From assembly GCA_005778355.1 (NCBI GenBank), contig SXON01000226.1, positions 18,926 through 42,925 on the forward strand: a stretch of DNA of 24,000 nt, given 5' to 3'. Source of the DNA: Pseudomonadota bacterium. Its GTDB lineage: Bacteria; Myxococcota_A; UBA796; SXON01. The position numbers were made by a program, and so were the translations under genes. The notes under the pieces were generated by a model that worked only from the letters and a program-made list of their open reading frames with translations, was not told the origin of the DNA and ran no database searches. Below, piece by piece: positions 1 to 8,955 of the stretch. Position 1 is the stretch's first letter; each line of letters starts with the position of its first letter.

Positions 1-2
1 CC

Positions 3-1544
3 ACCGACGTGCACCCGCCCGGCTACTTCGGCCTACTCCGCCTCTGGGGCCACCTCGCCGACCACGGTGACAGCGCCCTCCGCGTACCATCCGCGCTCGC
101 AGGCCTCGCGACGATCCTGGCCACGGCGCTCCTGGCGCGCAGGCTCGCGGGCGACCGCGCGGGTGTGATCGCCGCGTGGCTCGCCGCCGTCGCCCCCTTC
201 CTCGTGACGCTCGACCGAGAGGCCCGATCCAACGCGACCCTCGCCGCGCTCGCCACGTGGGGGCTCGTCTGCCTGGTCGCGCCCACGCCCCGCCGCTGGA
301 TCGCCTACGCGGCCGTGGCGGTGGCGCTCCCGTGGGTGCATGTTTTCGGTCTCTTCGTGCTCCTGGCCCACGCGCTCTACGTCGCGGCGGAGTGCGCCAC
401 CGGCCACCGGGCGCGGGACGACCTGAGGCCAATGGCGCTGTCGCTGCTCGCCGCCGCGCTGGGCCTCGCACCCTGGTTGCCGCGCTTGCTCGGCCAGGCG
501 CAGACCTACACCGAGGCGCCGTGGTACCCCGAGGGTTCCGCCGACAGCGTCGCCGCGACCTGGATGGCCCTCGCCTCGAACACGACCACCCTCGCGACGG
601 CGTTGGCGGCCGGTGCCGTGCTCGCGCTGGCCCGCGCCGGCGAGCGCGTGGCGCCCTTGCTCGCGTCGCACCTGCTCGCGCTGGTCCTGATCCCGCAGCT
701 CGTGGGCTGGATCGCGGCGCCCATCCTCAGGGACCGCAACGCCATCGCGCTGCTCCCGGTGATGATCGCCTGCGGCGCCGCAGGGATCGCCAGCCTCCGT
801 CCCCTCGCGGCCTGGACCCTCGCCGGCCTCGGGCTCGCGGCCAGCGCGGTGGTCGCGACGCGCGGCAGCTTCGTCGACCCCCCGGGCGAGGCCTGGCGCG
901 AGGCCGCGGCCATGCTCACGCGAGAGTCGTCACCCGGCGACGTGGTGGTGGCGAACCACCCCAACCTCTGGCGTCACTACTTGCCAGCCGACGTGCGCAT
1001 CCAGAGCGCCACCGACCCCATCCCCACGCGCGACGGAGCCCGTCGCCTGTGGCTGGCGCAGGCCCACCAGGTCCATGACGAGTGGATCGCGGCCCACGGC
1101 GAACGCAACCTCCTCTTGCAAGAGTGGAGCTTCCCCGGGGCCCGGGTGGCGCTCTTCGACCTCGCCGCGTACCCGGCGCCCCTGGCCTACGATGTGCCCG
1201 GCGACTTGCGAGAGGGCGACATCATCCACTTCTGGTGGGGCGCCCGCGTGCACACGCTGCCGGTGGAGTTGCACGGCCGCTGCGCCATGGTGCTGGTGGG
1301 CTGGTCGGACGGGGCCGGGGGCGAGGCGGCCCAGATCGAGGTGCACGCGGACCCCTACGTGGCGGAAGTGGCCTTGCCCGCGACGCTAGGTGTGGTACGC
1401 GGACCGCGCTGGCCACTCGAAGGCGACACCGTGGCGGCGCTTCGTTTCGTCAACGACGGCAAGGTGGGCGAGGTCGACCGCAACGCCCACCTCGTTCGCG
1501 CCGGTTGGGACTGTCAGAGCTCGGAACAGGCTTCCGAGGAGTAG
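3..1544 (+). CDS. GT-C fold membrane glycosyltransferase (family 39/83, PMT_2/ArnT-like), 5' end cut by the window edge
   Basis: The frame is open from nt 3 (TDVHPPGYFGLLRLWGHL...). The D-x-HPP-x-Y motif followed by many hydrophobic helices (about aa 1-290) and a soluble ~220 aa C-terminal domain is typical of PMT/ArnT-type enzymes. Codon position 3 is strongly G/C-biased in this frame. Confidence 0.8.
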   Translation, partial: TDVHPPGYFGLLRLWGHLADHGDSALRVPSALAGLATILATALLARRLAGDRAGVIAAWLAAVAPFLVTLDREARSNATLAALATWGLVCLVAPTPRRWIAYAAVAVALPWVHVFGLFVLLAHALYVAAECATGHRARDDLRPMALSLLAAALGLAPWLPRLLGQAQTYTEAPWYPEGSADSVAATWMALASNTTTLATALAAGAVLALARAGERVAPLLASHLLALVLIPQLVGWIAAPILRDRNAIALLPVMIACGAAGIASLRPLAAWTLAGLGLAASAVVATRGSFVDPPGEAWREAAAMLTRESSPGDVVVANHPNLWRHYLPADVRIQSATDPIPTRDGARRLWLAQAHQVHDEWIAAHGERNLLLQEWSFPGARVALFDLAAYPAPLAYDVPGDLREGDIIHFWWGARVHTLPVELHGRCAMVLVGWSDGAGGEAAQIEVHADPYVAEVALPATLGVVRGPRWPLEGDTVAALRFVNDGKVGEVDRNAHLVRAGWDCQSSEQASEE

Positions 1545-2290
1545 TAGCTGGCGTCGTCGCCCCAGGCCCAGCAGTTGCCACTCGAGTCGCCGAGGAAGTA
1601 GGTAATGTTCGACTCCAGCTCCTCGGGGAAAAGCGTGTAGCCGTCACGCACGTCGCCAATCTCCGGGTAAACCGAGGAGACGAAGCCGCCGGTGGCCCCG
1701 AGCGTGTGACACACGTCCCAGCCGTAGTCGTCGTAGCCCCAGGGCTCGCTGCCGATGATGCAGCTCTCGCCGAACCAGCCGGGGGCGCCCGCGCCCGTCT
1801 CCGACATGCCGAAGTCGTAGTCGCCCTTCCCATCGGTGATGCTGACCGTCACGCCGTCAGCGCTCCAACTCACGGTGAAGCTCGCCGCCTTCACGTCCTC
1901 GTCGATTTCGCCGTCGCAGTCGTCGTCCACCTCGTTGAGCGTCTCCTCGGCGCCGGGGAAAACCTCGGCGTCGGTGTCGTCGCAGTCACCCCCGTTGTCG
2001 ACGAAGCCCTCCACGGGCTCGCAGAGCGAGGTGGCGCCCTCCGGGTCGCCGAAGCCGTCGCCATCGCCGTCGCGGTAGTAGGTGCTGGCGAGGCCCTCGT
2101 CGGTGAAGCCGTCGCAGTCGTCGTCGATGCCGTTGCATTCTTCCACGACCTCGGCGCAGTCCTCGGCCGTGTCGAGCGGCGTGCTGGTGTCGGCGGTGTC
2201 GAGAGCGTCGAGGCTGCTGTCGCCAGGGTCCTTGGTGCTGTCCTCGCCGGGGATCGGGGGGCAGCCGAAGAGGAGCAGGATCATCGCCAT
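1514..2290 (-). CDS. Secreted acidic lipoprotein with MopE-like putative metal-binding motifs (CNGIDDDCDG ... DDDCDGEIDE)
   Basis: ATG start. MAMILLLFGC has a lipobox. ECNGIDDDCDGFTDEG...YYRDGDGDGFGDPEG...CDDTDAEVFPGAEE...DDDCDGEIDE matches the CxxxDDDCDG motif common in myxobacterial secreted proteins. The C-terminal half has no family I recognise. The gene overlaps the convergent glycosyltransferase by 31 nt. Confidence 0.85.
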   Translation of the reverse strand: MAMILLLFGCPPIPGEDSTKDPGDSSLDALDTADTSTPLDTAEDCAEVVEECNGIDDDCDGFTDEGLASTYYRDGDGDGFGDPEGATSLCEPVEGFVDNGGDCDDTDAEVFPGAEETLNEVDDDCDGEIDEDVKAASFTVSWSADGVTVSITDGKGDYDFGMSETGAGAPGWFGESCIIGSEPWGYDDYGWDVCHTLGATGGFVSSVYPEIGDVRDGYTLFPEELESNITYFLGDSSGNCWAWGDDASYYSSEACSEL

Positions 2291-2310
2291 CGGCTAATCC
2301 ACGCGCTTGC

Positions 2311-3306
2311 GTGCTGCCCACGGCGGGACAATACTGGTCCGTGCTCGCGCTCCTCCTCCTGGCATGTGATCCCGACCCCGTGGCCCCCGGCGACTCGACC
2401 GAGCCCACCGACACGGGCGTGCCCGACCCCATCGGCGACCCGCTCACCATCGCCTTGCTCGGGGAGTGCCCCCTCGAGACACACTTCGGTGCCTTCGTCG
2501 TGGAGGCCTACGAGGACTACGCCATCGTGGATGGCACCGTGAGCAACGGCGTGGTGCCTGTCACCGTGCTGGAAGACGTGGCCACGGAGGGCGACTGTTC
2601 GCTTCTGAAGCGCAACAACCCTTACTGCGATCCCACCTGTGAGTCTAAGGAGACCTGCGACTTCGACGGCACCTGCATCGAGTACCCCGTGGCGCAGGAC
2701 CTCGGGACGGTCACGATCGCTGGACTCGACCCCGCCGCGGTGATGACCGCCACCTCGCCCGGCTATCGCTACTTCAAGACCGACATGAACTTCCCAGGCT
2801 GGACGCCCGGAAAGCTGATCGAGTTGACCAACACCGGCGCCACGGTGGAGCCCTTCACGCTCCACGGCGTGGGCCCCGATCTCCTCGAGCCCACCAGCAC
2901 AACGTGGACGGTCGGGAGCGGTAGCGACCTCCTGGTGTCCTGGGACGCGCCCACGCTGGATGTGCGCACCAAGGTGCGACTGTCGCTCAACATCGACCAG
3001 CACGGGCAAACACCGATCACCCTGGTGTGTCACTTCGACGACGACGGCGAGGCCACCGTGCCAGCAAGCGTGATCGACGCGGTGATGGGCGCGGGCGTCA
3101 CCGGCTACCCGAGCGCCAGCTTGCGACGGCAGACGGCCGACAACATTAGCCTCGTGGGCGGAACGGCCACTGGTGGCTGCGTGGATCTGCTCGTGGCCCA
3201 CGAGCTCGCCATCGACGTGGAGGTTGAAGGCCACACGCCCTGCTCCAGCAACGCCGACTGCCCGCAGGGACACCCGTGCGACCTGGCCACGCAGACATGT
3301 TTGTAG
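2311..3306 (+). CDS. Hypothetical secreted lipoprotein with Cys-rich segments
   Basis: GTG at 2311 (alternative GTG at 2341 would give MLALLLLAC). The LLLLAC lipobox is followed by DPDP. There is an EGF-like Cys cluster (CSLLKRNNPYCDPTCESKETCDFDGTC) and a C-terminal CSSNADCPQGHPCDLATQTC. Position-3 G/C bias is coherent. No family recognised. Confidence 0.8.
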   Translation: MLPTAGQYWSVLALLLLACDPDPVAPGDSTEPTDTGVPDPIGDPLTIALLGECPLETHFGAFVVEAYEDYAIVDGTVSNGVVPVTVLEDVATEGDCSLLKRNNPYCDPTCESKETCDFDGTCIEYPVAQDLGTVTIAGLDPAAVMTATSPGYRYFKTDMNFPGWTPGKLIELTNTGATVEPFTLHGVGPDLLEPTSTTWTVGSGSDLLVSWDAPTLDVRTKVRLSLNIDQHGQTPITLVCHFDDDGEATVPASVIDAVMGAGVTGYPSASLRRQTADNISLVGGTATGGCVDLLVAHELAIDVEVEGHTPCSSNADCPQGHPCDLATQTCL

Positions 3307-4760
3307 CCCTTCTCGCCGCCTGCGACCCCGCTGAACCGCAGGTTGATGTGAAAGGTGGTCGCGACAGTGTAACAGCCGACACTGCCGACAGCGCCGAGCC
3401 CGAGTCCTGTGGCGAACCCGCCGCCCTACCGGTGAGCGCGAGCTACCTCTCCGGTTTCCAGGGCTCAGAAGACTTCGCTTTCGACGCCGATGGTTACCTC
3501 GTGGCCCTCGACGCCCAGGGCACGCTCGTGGGCATCGACCAGCTCGGGCAGCAGCAGGTGATCCTCCCCAACGCCACCAACTTTGGCGCCGGGATGCGCT
3601 TCTTGCCCGGGGGCGATCTCGTCTTCGCCGACGCCGAGAAAGGCAATCTCTCGCGCGTGAACCCGGCGACCGGGGAGCTGACAGTGGTGCTCAGCGGGCT
3701 CGAGTACCCCAACGGCCTCGATGTCGACTACGACGGCTTTGTGTACGTGTCCGAGCAGAACGCCGGTCGTGTACGCCGCATCGATCCGGACAGTGGCGCT
3801 TACACGGTCGTGGCGAAGAACCTGTACAACCCAAACGGGGTCACGTTCTCAGTGGGTCACGACACTCTCTTCGTCGGGAGCTTCGGCGCCGGGGTGGCCT
3901 GGGCGGTGGACCGCGAGGGCGACGACTGGGCCGAGCCGCGCATCTATGGCACCACCCCGGAGGCCCCCGGGGTGCCGCCCGACTGGTGCGAGATGTACGG
4001 CGAGGGCTCGGAGTGCCCGGTGTACTACGGCTACGGCATCGGCACCTGCGCCACCGACGAGGAGGGCGACCTCGGTTGCGCGTTGGAATACGACACTGCG
4101 GCTTGCGATGGTCTCGCCGCGGGCGACAGCTGTGTGACGACGCGATTCGATGCGACGGTGAACTCCTCGTGTACCGAGGGAGACGCCGGGCTCTTCTGTC
4201 CCCACACCAACGCCGAGTGGATCGATGCCTGCGACGGCGTGCGGCAGGGCGAGAGCTGCGAGGTGCACGGCGTGGTGGGCGCCTGCTACACCTCCTACGA
4301 GGGGGTGGTCGCCTGCCACGACTGGCAGGCCTACTACGACAGCATGGAGGCGTCGTGTGTTGAGAAGGCCGTCGGCGACACCTGCCAGATCGACCACGAG
4401 ATCTTCCCGTCCGTCGGCCTCTGCGGCGATGGTACCGCCTATGGACTGGGCACCAACGTTTGCCTGCCCGGCGGTTACACCTACTCCGAGCACGGCGGGC
4501 TCGACGGCATCAACGTGGATGCGTGTGACAACCTCTACGTCACCGAGTACATCCAGGGCCAGGTGTGGCGCTTCGACGCCGAGGGGGCCGAGCCCCAGCT
4601 CGCGGCGAAGCTTCGTTCCGCCTGGATCCCCAACCTGCACTGGGGCAACGGCATCGGGGGCTGGGAAAACGACGTTCTCTACGTGATGGACCGCGACCGT
4701 GGCGGCGTGTTCGCGCTGCCGGTGGGCCTCGAGGGCCACGGCGACGCTTACTCGCCGTGA
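3297..4760 (+). CDS. Lipoprotein with an SMP-30/gluconolactonase/LRE-like (SGL, six-bladed beta-propeller) fold interrupted by a Cys-rich insertion
   Basis: ATG at 3297 (MFVALLAAC lipobox) overlaps the upstream stop by 10 nt. An alternative GTG at 3276 would add MRPGHAD. Propeller motifs: YPNGLDVDYDGFVYVSEQNAGRVRRIDPDSG, LYNPNGVTFS, and after the insert DACDNLYVTEYIQGQVWRFD and DVLYVMDR. Confidence 0.85.
   Translation: MFVALLAACDPAEPQVDVKGGRDSVTADTADSAEPESCGEPAALPVSASYLSGFQGSEDFAFDADGYLVALDAQGTLVGIDQLGQQQVILPNATNFGAGMRFLPGGDLVFADAEKGNLSRVNPATGELTVVLSGLEYPNGLDVDYDGFVYVSEQNAGRVRRIDPDSGAYTVVAKNLYNPNGVTFSVGHDTLFVGSFGAGVAWAVDREGDDWAEPRIYGTTPEAPGVPPDWCEMYGEGSECPVYYGYGIGTCATDEEGDLGCALEYDTAACDGLAAGDSCVTTRFDATVNSSCTEGDAGLFCPHTNAEWIDACDGVRQGESCEVHGVVGACYTSYEGVVACHDWQAYYDSMEASCVEKAVGDTCQIDHEIFPSVGLCGDGTAYGLGTNVCLPGGYTYSEHGGLDGINVDACDNLYVTEYIQGQVWRFDAEGAEPQLAAKLRSAWIPNLHWGNGIGGWENDVLYVMDRDRGGVFALPVGLEGHGDAYSP
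3987..4463 (+). repeat. Four tandem 4-Cys modules (C-x8-C-x8..12-C-x8..12-C) inserted in the propeller; protein-level repeat
   Basis: The modules are CEMYGEGSEC..C..C, CDGLAAGDSC..C..C, CDGVRQGESC..C..C and CVEKAVGDTC..C..C. That is 16 Cys in about 160 aa. Each first pair is spaced exactly 8 residues, with G-[DE]-[ST] (GSE in module 1) before the second Cys. Confidence 0.6.
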
Positions 4761-4789
4761 GTTGCCTGCTCTGAGTTAGCACCGGCCCG

Positions 4790-5398
4790 ATGCCGCTCGC
4801 CCCCCTGCTTCGCCGCCCCGACGCCACCTTCGACGACGTTCGCGCCCTGCTCGATGGCCTCGACCACGAGGCCCGGGTGGCGGCCACCCGGGAGTGTGGC
4901 CTCGCCGACCTGTCGCGACTGTGGGAGTTGTCGGTGCAGGGCGATCCCATCGACGCCGCGCACTTCGTCGGCGACAAGGGGCCGTTACAGCCGGTAGCCC
5001 ACGACGGTTGGAACTCTCTCCCCCTCCCCGCCTTCGCGCGTCGTTTCCAAAAGGTCTTCTGCCGCCCGGCCGAGGCCGCGGACTCCCGCCTTTTCGGCTT
5101 CAACGAGGGCGACGCCAAGGGCGTGATCGGGCCGGGCTACTTCCAGCTGGTCCCCACCCTTGGCAACACCGCGTGGGAAGCGCGCGGCGCCTGGGTGGTC
5201 GACTACTACCAGGTGCCCGACGCCCCGGTGCCCGAGGGCTGGCCCAAGGTGGTGCCCAACTGGTGGGGCCTCCAACTCTTCGTCTACAACGGCACCCGTG
5301 ACTTCATGCGGCGCGTGTCGTCTCACGTGTGCATCGGCAAGCCCTGGGCCCGCGAGATGGAGCTGCCCTTCTGCTTCGTCCTGGTACGGAGAGACTAG
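4790..5398 (+). CDS. Hypothetical protein without a signal peptide; the C-terminus weakly resembles DUF4334-type proteins
   Basis: ATG start. The stop TAG (5396-5398) directly abuts the ATG of the amidase gene (TAGATG). The tail ...LFVYNGTRDFMRRVSSHVCIGKPWAREMELPFCFVLVRRD resembles the DUF4334 C-terminal pattern from memory only. The coding call rests on the frame's G/C3 bias and operon context. Confidence 0.7.
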   Translation: MPLAPLLRRPDATFDDVRALLDGLDHEARVAATRECGLADLSRLWELSVQGDPIDAAHFVGDKGPLQPVAHDGWNSLPLPAFARRFQKVFCRPAEAADSRLFGFNEGDAKGVIGPGYFQLVPTLGNTAWEARGAWVVDYYQVPDAPVPEGWPKVVPNWWGLQLFVYNGTRDFMRRVSSHVCIGKPWAREMELPFCFVLVRRD

Positions 5399-7855
5399 AT
5401 GTGGCTCGTCGCGCTCGCGCTGGCCGCACCGCCCTTTCCCCTCGATTTGCCGGGGGAAAGCGACGGCGCGCTGGCGGGGACGGAGGTGTACCTTTCGCAG
5501 TGTCACGGCTGGATCTGGTACGACAGCCTTGACGACTTCTCCACCCAGCGCGGCAACCTCTACGACACCGTGGAAGACTTCCACAACCCCGAGGCCACCA
5601 ACCAGGCCCTCGCGCCCTTCCTACACAACGCCGGCGCCGACGTGTGGATGGTGAAGGAGCGCGACCACGGTGATCGCTGGGCCATCGCCGACAACGACGA
5701 CGGCAACACCTACGCCGAGTCGGGCAGTGGTTTCGGCACCGGCGACGACGGTTTCGCCGACTGGGGCACCTGGGCCTTCGGCGAGAACCCCTTCGAGTCT
5801 GGCTCCACGCGGCTCGTTCCCACGGGCTCGGTTGCGACATTCACCCTGCGCGCGCCGCAAGCGGGCTGGCAGGCGGTCTACGTGGCCTACGACGCCGATA
5901 GTTCGCTCACCACCGAGGCGCTCTACACGCTGTCCGCGCGCGGCACCGACCTCGAGCGCGTGATCGACCAGACGGCACACGGGTCCACCTGGCGCTACCT
6001 CGATACCCTCTACTTCGAGCCGGGCGACACGCTCACCGTCACGCTCACGCCCCTGTCAGGAACCGCCAGCGCCGACGCGCTGCGCATCGGCGGCGGCACC
6101 GGCGTGATCGAGCGCCAGGGGGAAACGACCGGCCGTCCCCGGTGGGAAGAGGGTGCCATCCTCGCCACCCAATTCAACGGCGCGCCCGAGTCGGTCTACG
6201 ACCCCTACGGCGACGGCAACGGCTCCGATCCCTCCTCGCGCGCCCTGTGGGCGGCCTGGGAGCACCCCTCCCGGGCCGACGCGCTCTACGTGTCCTGGCA
6301 CAGCAACGCCTGCGACGAGTGCGACGCCCGCGGCACCGGCGTGTACGTGTACGACCGCGACTGCTCGTCCGGGGCCCCCACCGAAGGCAGCGAGCTGCTC
6401 GCCGAGCTGCTCCAGGAAGAGATCGTGGCGGTGGGACGGGCCTGGGACCCCGAGTGGCAAGACCGGGGAACGAAGTCCGACTGCTTCTCCGAGGTGAATC
6501 CCAGTCTCAACGACGAGATGCCGGCCGCGCTCATCGAGATTGCCTTCCACGACACCGAGGCCGACATCGAGATCCTGAAGGACCCCGCCTTCAGGGTCGA
6601 CGCGTCACGCGCGATCTACCGGGCCATCGCCCGCTACTTCGAGGGTGACAACGTGCGCTTCTTGCCGGAACCGCCGCTCTACCCCTCGCTGCGCAACACC
6701 GACAGCGGCTTGCACTTGAGTTGGACACCGGGATGGTCCGGCGACCTCTGGGGTGACTCGGCGGAGCATTACCTGGTGCAAACCTCGACCGATGGTCGCG
6801 CGTGGACGGCGGGAACAAAGGTTGATGGCACCGAGTTCGACATCGATGCCGCCACGGGGGACCTAGTGTTTGCCCGCGTGGTGGCGGTGAACGACGGGGG
6901 TGTCAGCTTCCCCTCCTCGGTGGTGGCGGCACGGCGAGGTGACGGGCCGCCGCTGTTGCTGGTCAACGCCTTCGACCGCCTCGACACGGGCCTCTTGCCC
7001 TGGGAAGACCTCGGCGGCAGCGTAGGCGAGGTGCGTCGCATGGACCTGCAACGTCTCAACGCCGGCGACATCCTCGTGCCCCATGCGCTCGCGGTGGCCG
7101 CCCTCGGCTGGCCGTTCGACAGCGTGGAAGACGAGTCCCTCCCCGCGCTCGACGACTACCGGGCCGTCGTGTGGGCCACCGCCGAGGAGAGCACGGTCGA
7201 CGCGAGCTTCTCCGACGCGCAACAAGCCACCATCCGCGCCTACGTGGAGGGCGGCGGTGCGCTCTGGGCCACCGGCGCCGAGATCCTCTGGGATCTCGAC
7301 GCCAAGGGCGACGCCGACGAGCAGGCCTTCGCGGAAGAGGTGCTGGGCGCCCGCTACGCGAGCGACGACTGCGAGTGCACCCGAGCCACCGGTCGCGACA
7401 TCCTCGCGGGGGTGGAGATGAGCTTTACCGAGGTGTACCCGGTGGAGTACGCCGACGCACTCGACCCCGAGGGCACCGTCATTGCCGAGTACCCCGACGG
7501 CACCGCCGCAGCGGCGCTGCACGGGACGGTGGCCCTCTTCGGCTTTCCCTTCGAGGCCATCGACGACGAGGCGGTTCGCGCGGAGGTGGCCGCCGCGGTG
7601 CTGGGCGCGTTGGTGCCCGGCTACGAGCCACCGGTCGACACCGGCGACGGCGACGAAAGCGCTGGCGGCGAGGCTGGCAGCGGGGATCCCCCGGGGACGC
7701 TCGCGCGTCCCGAGGCGCCGGGAGCATGCGGGTGTGCGACCGGAAGCGCGGCGCCCTGGTTCGGCGTCGCGTCCGCGGTCGCTCAGCTCTGGCGGCGTCG
7801 CGCCAACAACAGCGGCGCCATCAGGCCAAGCACTAGGCTGCCCGCGCCCGATTGA
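5399..7855 (+). CDS. Large secreted N-acetylmuramoyl-L-alanine amidase (Amidase_3 family) with an inserted beta-sandwich domain, an FN3-like domain, an unassigned alpha/beta domain and a MYXO-CTERM-like tail
   Basis: The N-terminus has a short signal peptide, [12 protein letters not shown]. Amidase_3 motifs: [56 protein letters not shown]. An insertion at about 5670-6105 ends ...[10 protein letters not shown] (golvesin-C-like pattern). FN3-like segment: LHLSWTPG...[13 protein letters not shown]. The tail is [27 protein letters not shown]. Confidence 0.9.
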   Translation: MWLVALALAAPPFPLDLPGESDGALAGTEVYLSQCHGWIWYDSLDDFSTQRGNLYDTVEDFHNPEATNQALAPFLHNAGADVWMVKERDHGDRWAIADNDDGNTYAESGSGFGTGDDGFADWGTWAFGENPFESGSTRLVPTGSVATFTLRAPQAGWQAVYVAYDADSSLTTEALYTLSARGTDLERVIDQTAHGSTWRYLDTLYFEPGDTLTVTLTPLSGTASADALRIGGGTGVIERQGETTGRPRWEEGAILATQFNGAPESVYDPYGDGNGSDPSSRALWAAWEHPSRADALYVSWHSNACDECDARGTGVYVYDRDCSSGAPTEGSELLAELLQEEIVAVGRAWDPEWQDRGTKSDCFSEVNPSLNDEMPAALIEIAFHDTEADIEILKDPAFRVDASRAIYRAIARYFEGDNVRFLPEPPLYPSLRNTDSGLHLSWTPGWSGDLWGDSAEHYLVQTSTDGRAWTAGTKVDGTEFDIDAATGDLVFARVVAVNDGGVSFPSSVVAARRGDGPPLLLVNAFDRLDTGLLPWEDLGGSVGEVRRMDLQRLNAGDILVPHALAVAALGWPFDSVEDESLPALDDYRAVVWATAEESTVDASFSDAQQATIRAYVEGGGALWATGAEILWDLDAKGDADEQAFAEEVLGARYASDDCECTRATGRDILAGVEMSFTEVYPVEYADALDPEGTVIAEYPDGTAAAALHGTVALFGFPFEAIDDEAVRAEVAAAVLGALVPGYEPPVDTGDGDESAGGEAGSGDPPGTLARPEAPGACGCATGSAAPWFGVASAVAQLWRRRANNSGAIRPSTRLPAPD
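7721..7801 (+). other. MYXO-CTERM-like tripartite sorting signal of the amidase (Gly/Cys motif, hydrophobic helix, RRR)
   Basis: [27 protein letters not shown]. It is atypical in being followed by 17 more residues before the stop at 7853-7855. Confidence 0.6.
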
Positions 7856-8955
7856 CACGTCGCGGCACCGCCCATGAGCGCGTCGAAGTCGCAGAGATCG
7901 CCCTTGCCATCGAGGTCGCGGTCGGGCTGGTCGGCGTCGCTCACCGTGGGGCACACGTCGCAGGCGTCGCCCACCCCGTCGCCGTCGGTGTCGGTGTTGT
8001 CGGCCACGCCGAGCTCCGGGCAGAGGTCGCAGAGGTCGCCCACGCCGTCCTCGTCGGCGTCGAGCTGTCCCGGGTCGGCCACGGTTGGGCAGAGGTCGCA
8101 GGCGTCGCCCACGTTGTCGAGATCGACGTCGGCGTTGCTCGCGTCGAGCTCGAGCGGGCAGAAGTCACACTCGTCGCCGAGGCCGTCGGCGTCGCTGTCG
8201 AGCTGGTCGCGGTTGTACACCTCGGTGCAGTTGTCGCAGTTGTCGCCGAAGCCGTCGTAGTCGGGGTCGTCGCCGTTGTCGGGGTCCGACGGGCAACCGT
8301 CGCAGGCGTCGCCCACGCCGTCGGCGTCGGCGTCGGCCTGGTCGCTGTTGCCCACGTTGGGGCAGTTGTCGCAGTCGTCGCCCTTCCCATCGGCGTCGAG
8401 ATCGTCCTGGTTGTTCTCGAAGCCGTTGCAGTTGTCGCACTCGTCGCCCGCGCCGTCGCCATCGCTGTCCACCTGGTCGGGATCGGCCACGAAGGGGCAC
8501 ACGTCGCACTCGTCGCCGAGCTCGTCGGTGTCGGAGTTGGTCTGCTCGTGGTTCTCCACGCTCACGCAGTCGTCGCAGGCGTCGCCCACGCCGTCGCAGT
8601 CGGTGTCGATCTGGTCGGCGTTGACGGTGGTCGCGCAATTGTCACACGCCAGGGTGACGGTGATGTCAGGGTAGGCCACGTCTTCCGGGAAGTCCATGGT
8701 CCCGGCCGAGAAGCCGTCGCCATCGACGTCGAGCGGCACGAGCAGGTAGCTACACCCGAAGCTGTAGTAGTCGTAGTAGTAGTCGGCGTTGGGGTAGGGC
8801 TCGCCGGTGTTGGGGTCGACGTTGGCGGCGCAGGTGGGATCGGAGAGATCCACGGCGCCCTCGTTGGCCGCGTCGACGTTGTTGCAGTTCACGTCTTGCG
8901 TGATCCCATCGTGACACTCGTCGGCGAGTGCGAGGCTGAGGAGGAGAGTGATCAT
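7783..8955 (-). CDS. Secreted thrombospondin type-3 repeat (calcium-binding) protein with a MYXO-CTERM-like C-terminal sorting signal
   Basis: The ATG overlaps the upstream OmpA-gene stop (ATGA). The N-terminus has a signal peptide, [12 protein letters not shown] ~100 aa N-terminal Cys-containing domain is followed by 11 DxDxDGxGDxCDxCP repeats. The tail is [29 protein letters not shown]. Confidence 0.9.
   Translation of the reverse strand: MITLLLSLALADECHDGITQDVNCNNVDAANEGAVDLSDPTCAANVDPNTGEPYPNADYYYDYYSFGCSYLLVPLDVDGDGFSAGTMDFPEDVAYPDITVTLACDNCATTVNADQIDTDCDGVGDACDDCVSVENHEQTNSDTDELGDECDVCPFVADPDQVDSDGDGAGDECDNCNGFENNQDDLDADGKGDDCDNCPNVGNSDQADADADGVGDACDGCPSDPDNGDDPDYDGFGDNCDNCTEVYNRDQLDSDADGLGDECDFCPLELDASNADVDLDNVGDACDLCPTVADPGQLDADEDGVGDLCDLCPELGVADNTDTDGDGVGDACDVCPTVSDADQPDRDLDGKGDLCDFDALMGGAATCQSGAGSLVLGLMAPLLLARRRQS
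7786..7875 (-). other. MYXO-CTERM-like sorting signal of the TSP3 protein
   Basis: GGAATCQSG (Gly/Cys motif), [15 protein letters not shown] (hydrophobic helix), RRRQS then stop. Confidence 0.6.
7888..8646 (-). repeat. Array of 11 tandem TSP type-3 repeats (22-26 aa each), also visible as degenerate ~66-78 nt DNA periodicity
   Basis: Repeats run from C104 ([26 protein letters not shown]) to D356 ([23 protein letters not shown]). The plus strand shows recurring gtcgcaggcgtcgcccacgccgtc-type strings. Confidence 0.9.

Noticed and set aside
7888-8646. Periodic DNA repeats that could be mistaken for a CRISPR array or non-coding tandem repeat
   Set aside because: The period is irregular (66-78 nt), there is no invariant repeat/spacer structure, and the whole region is one open frame encoding TSP3 repeats.
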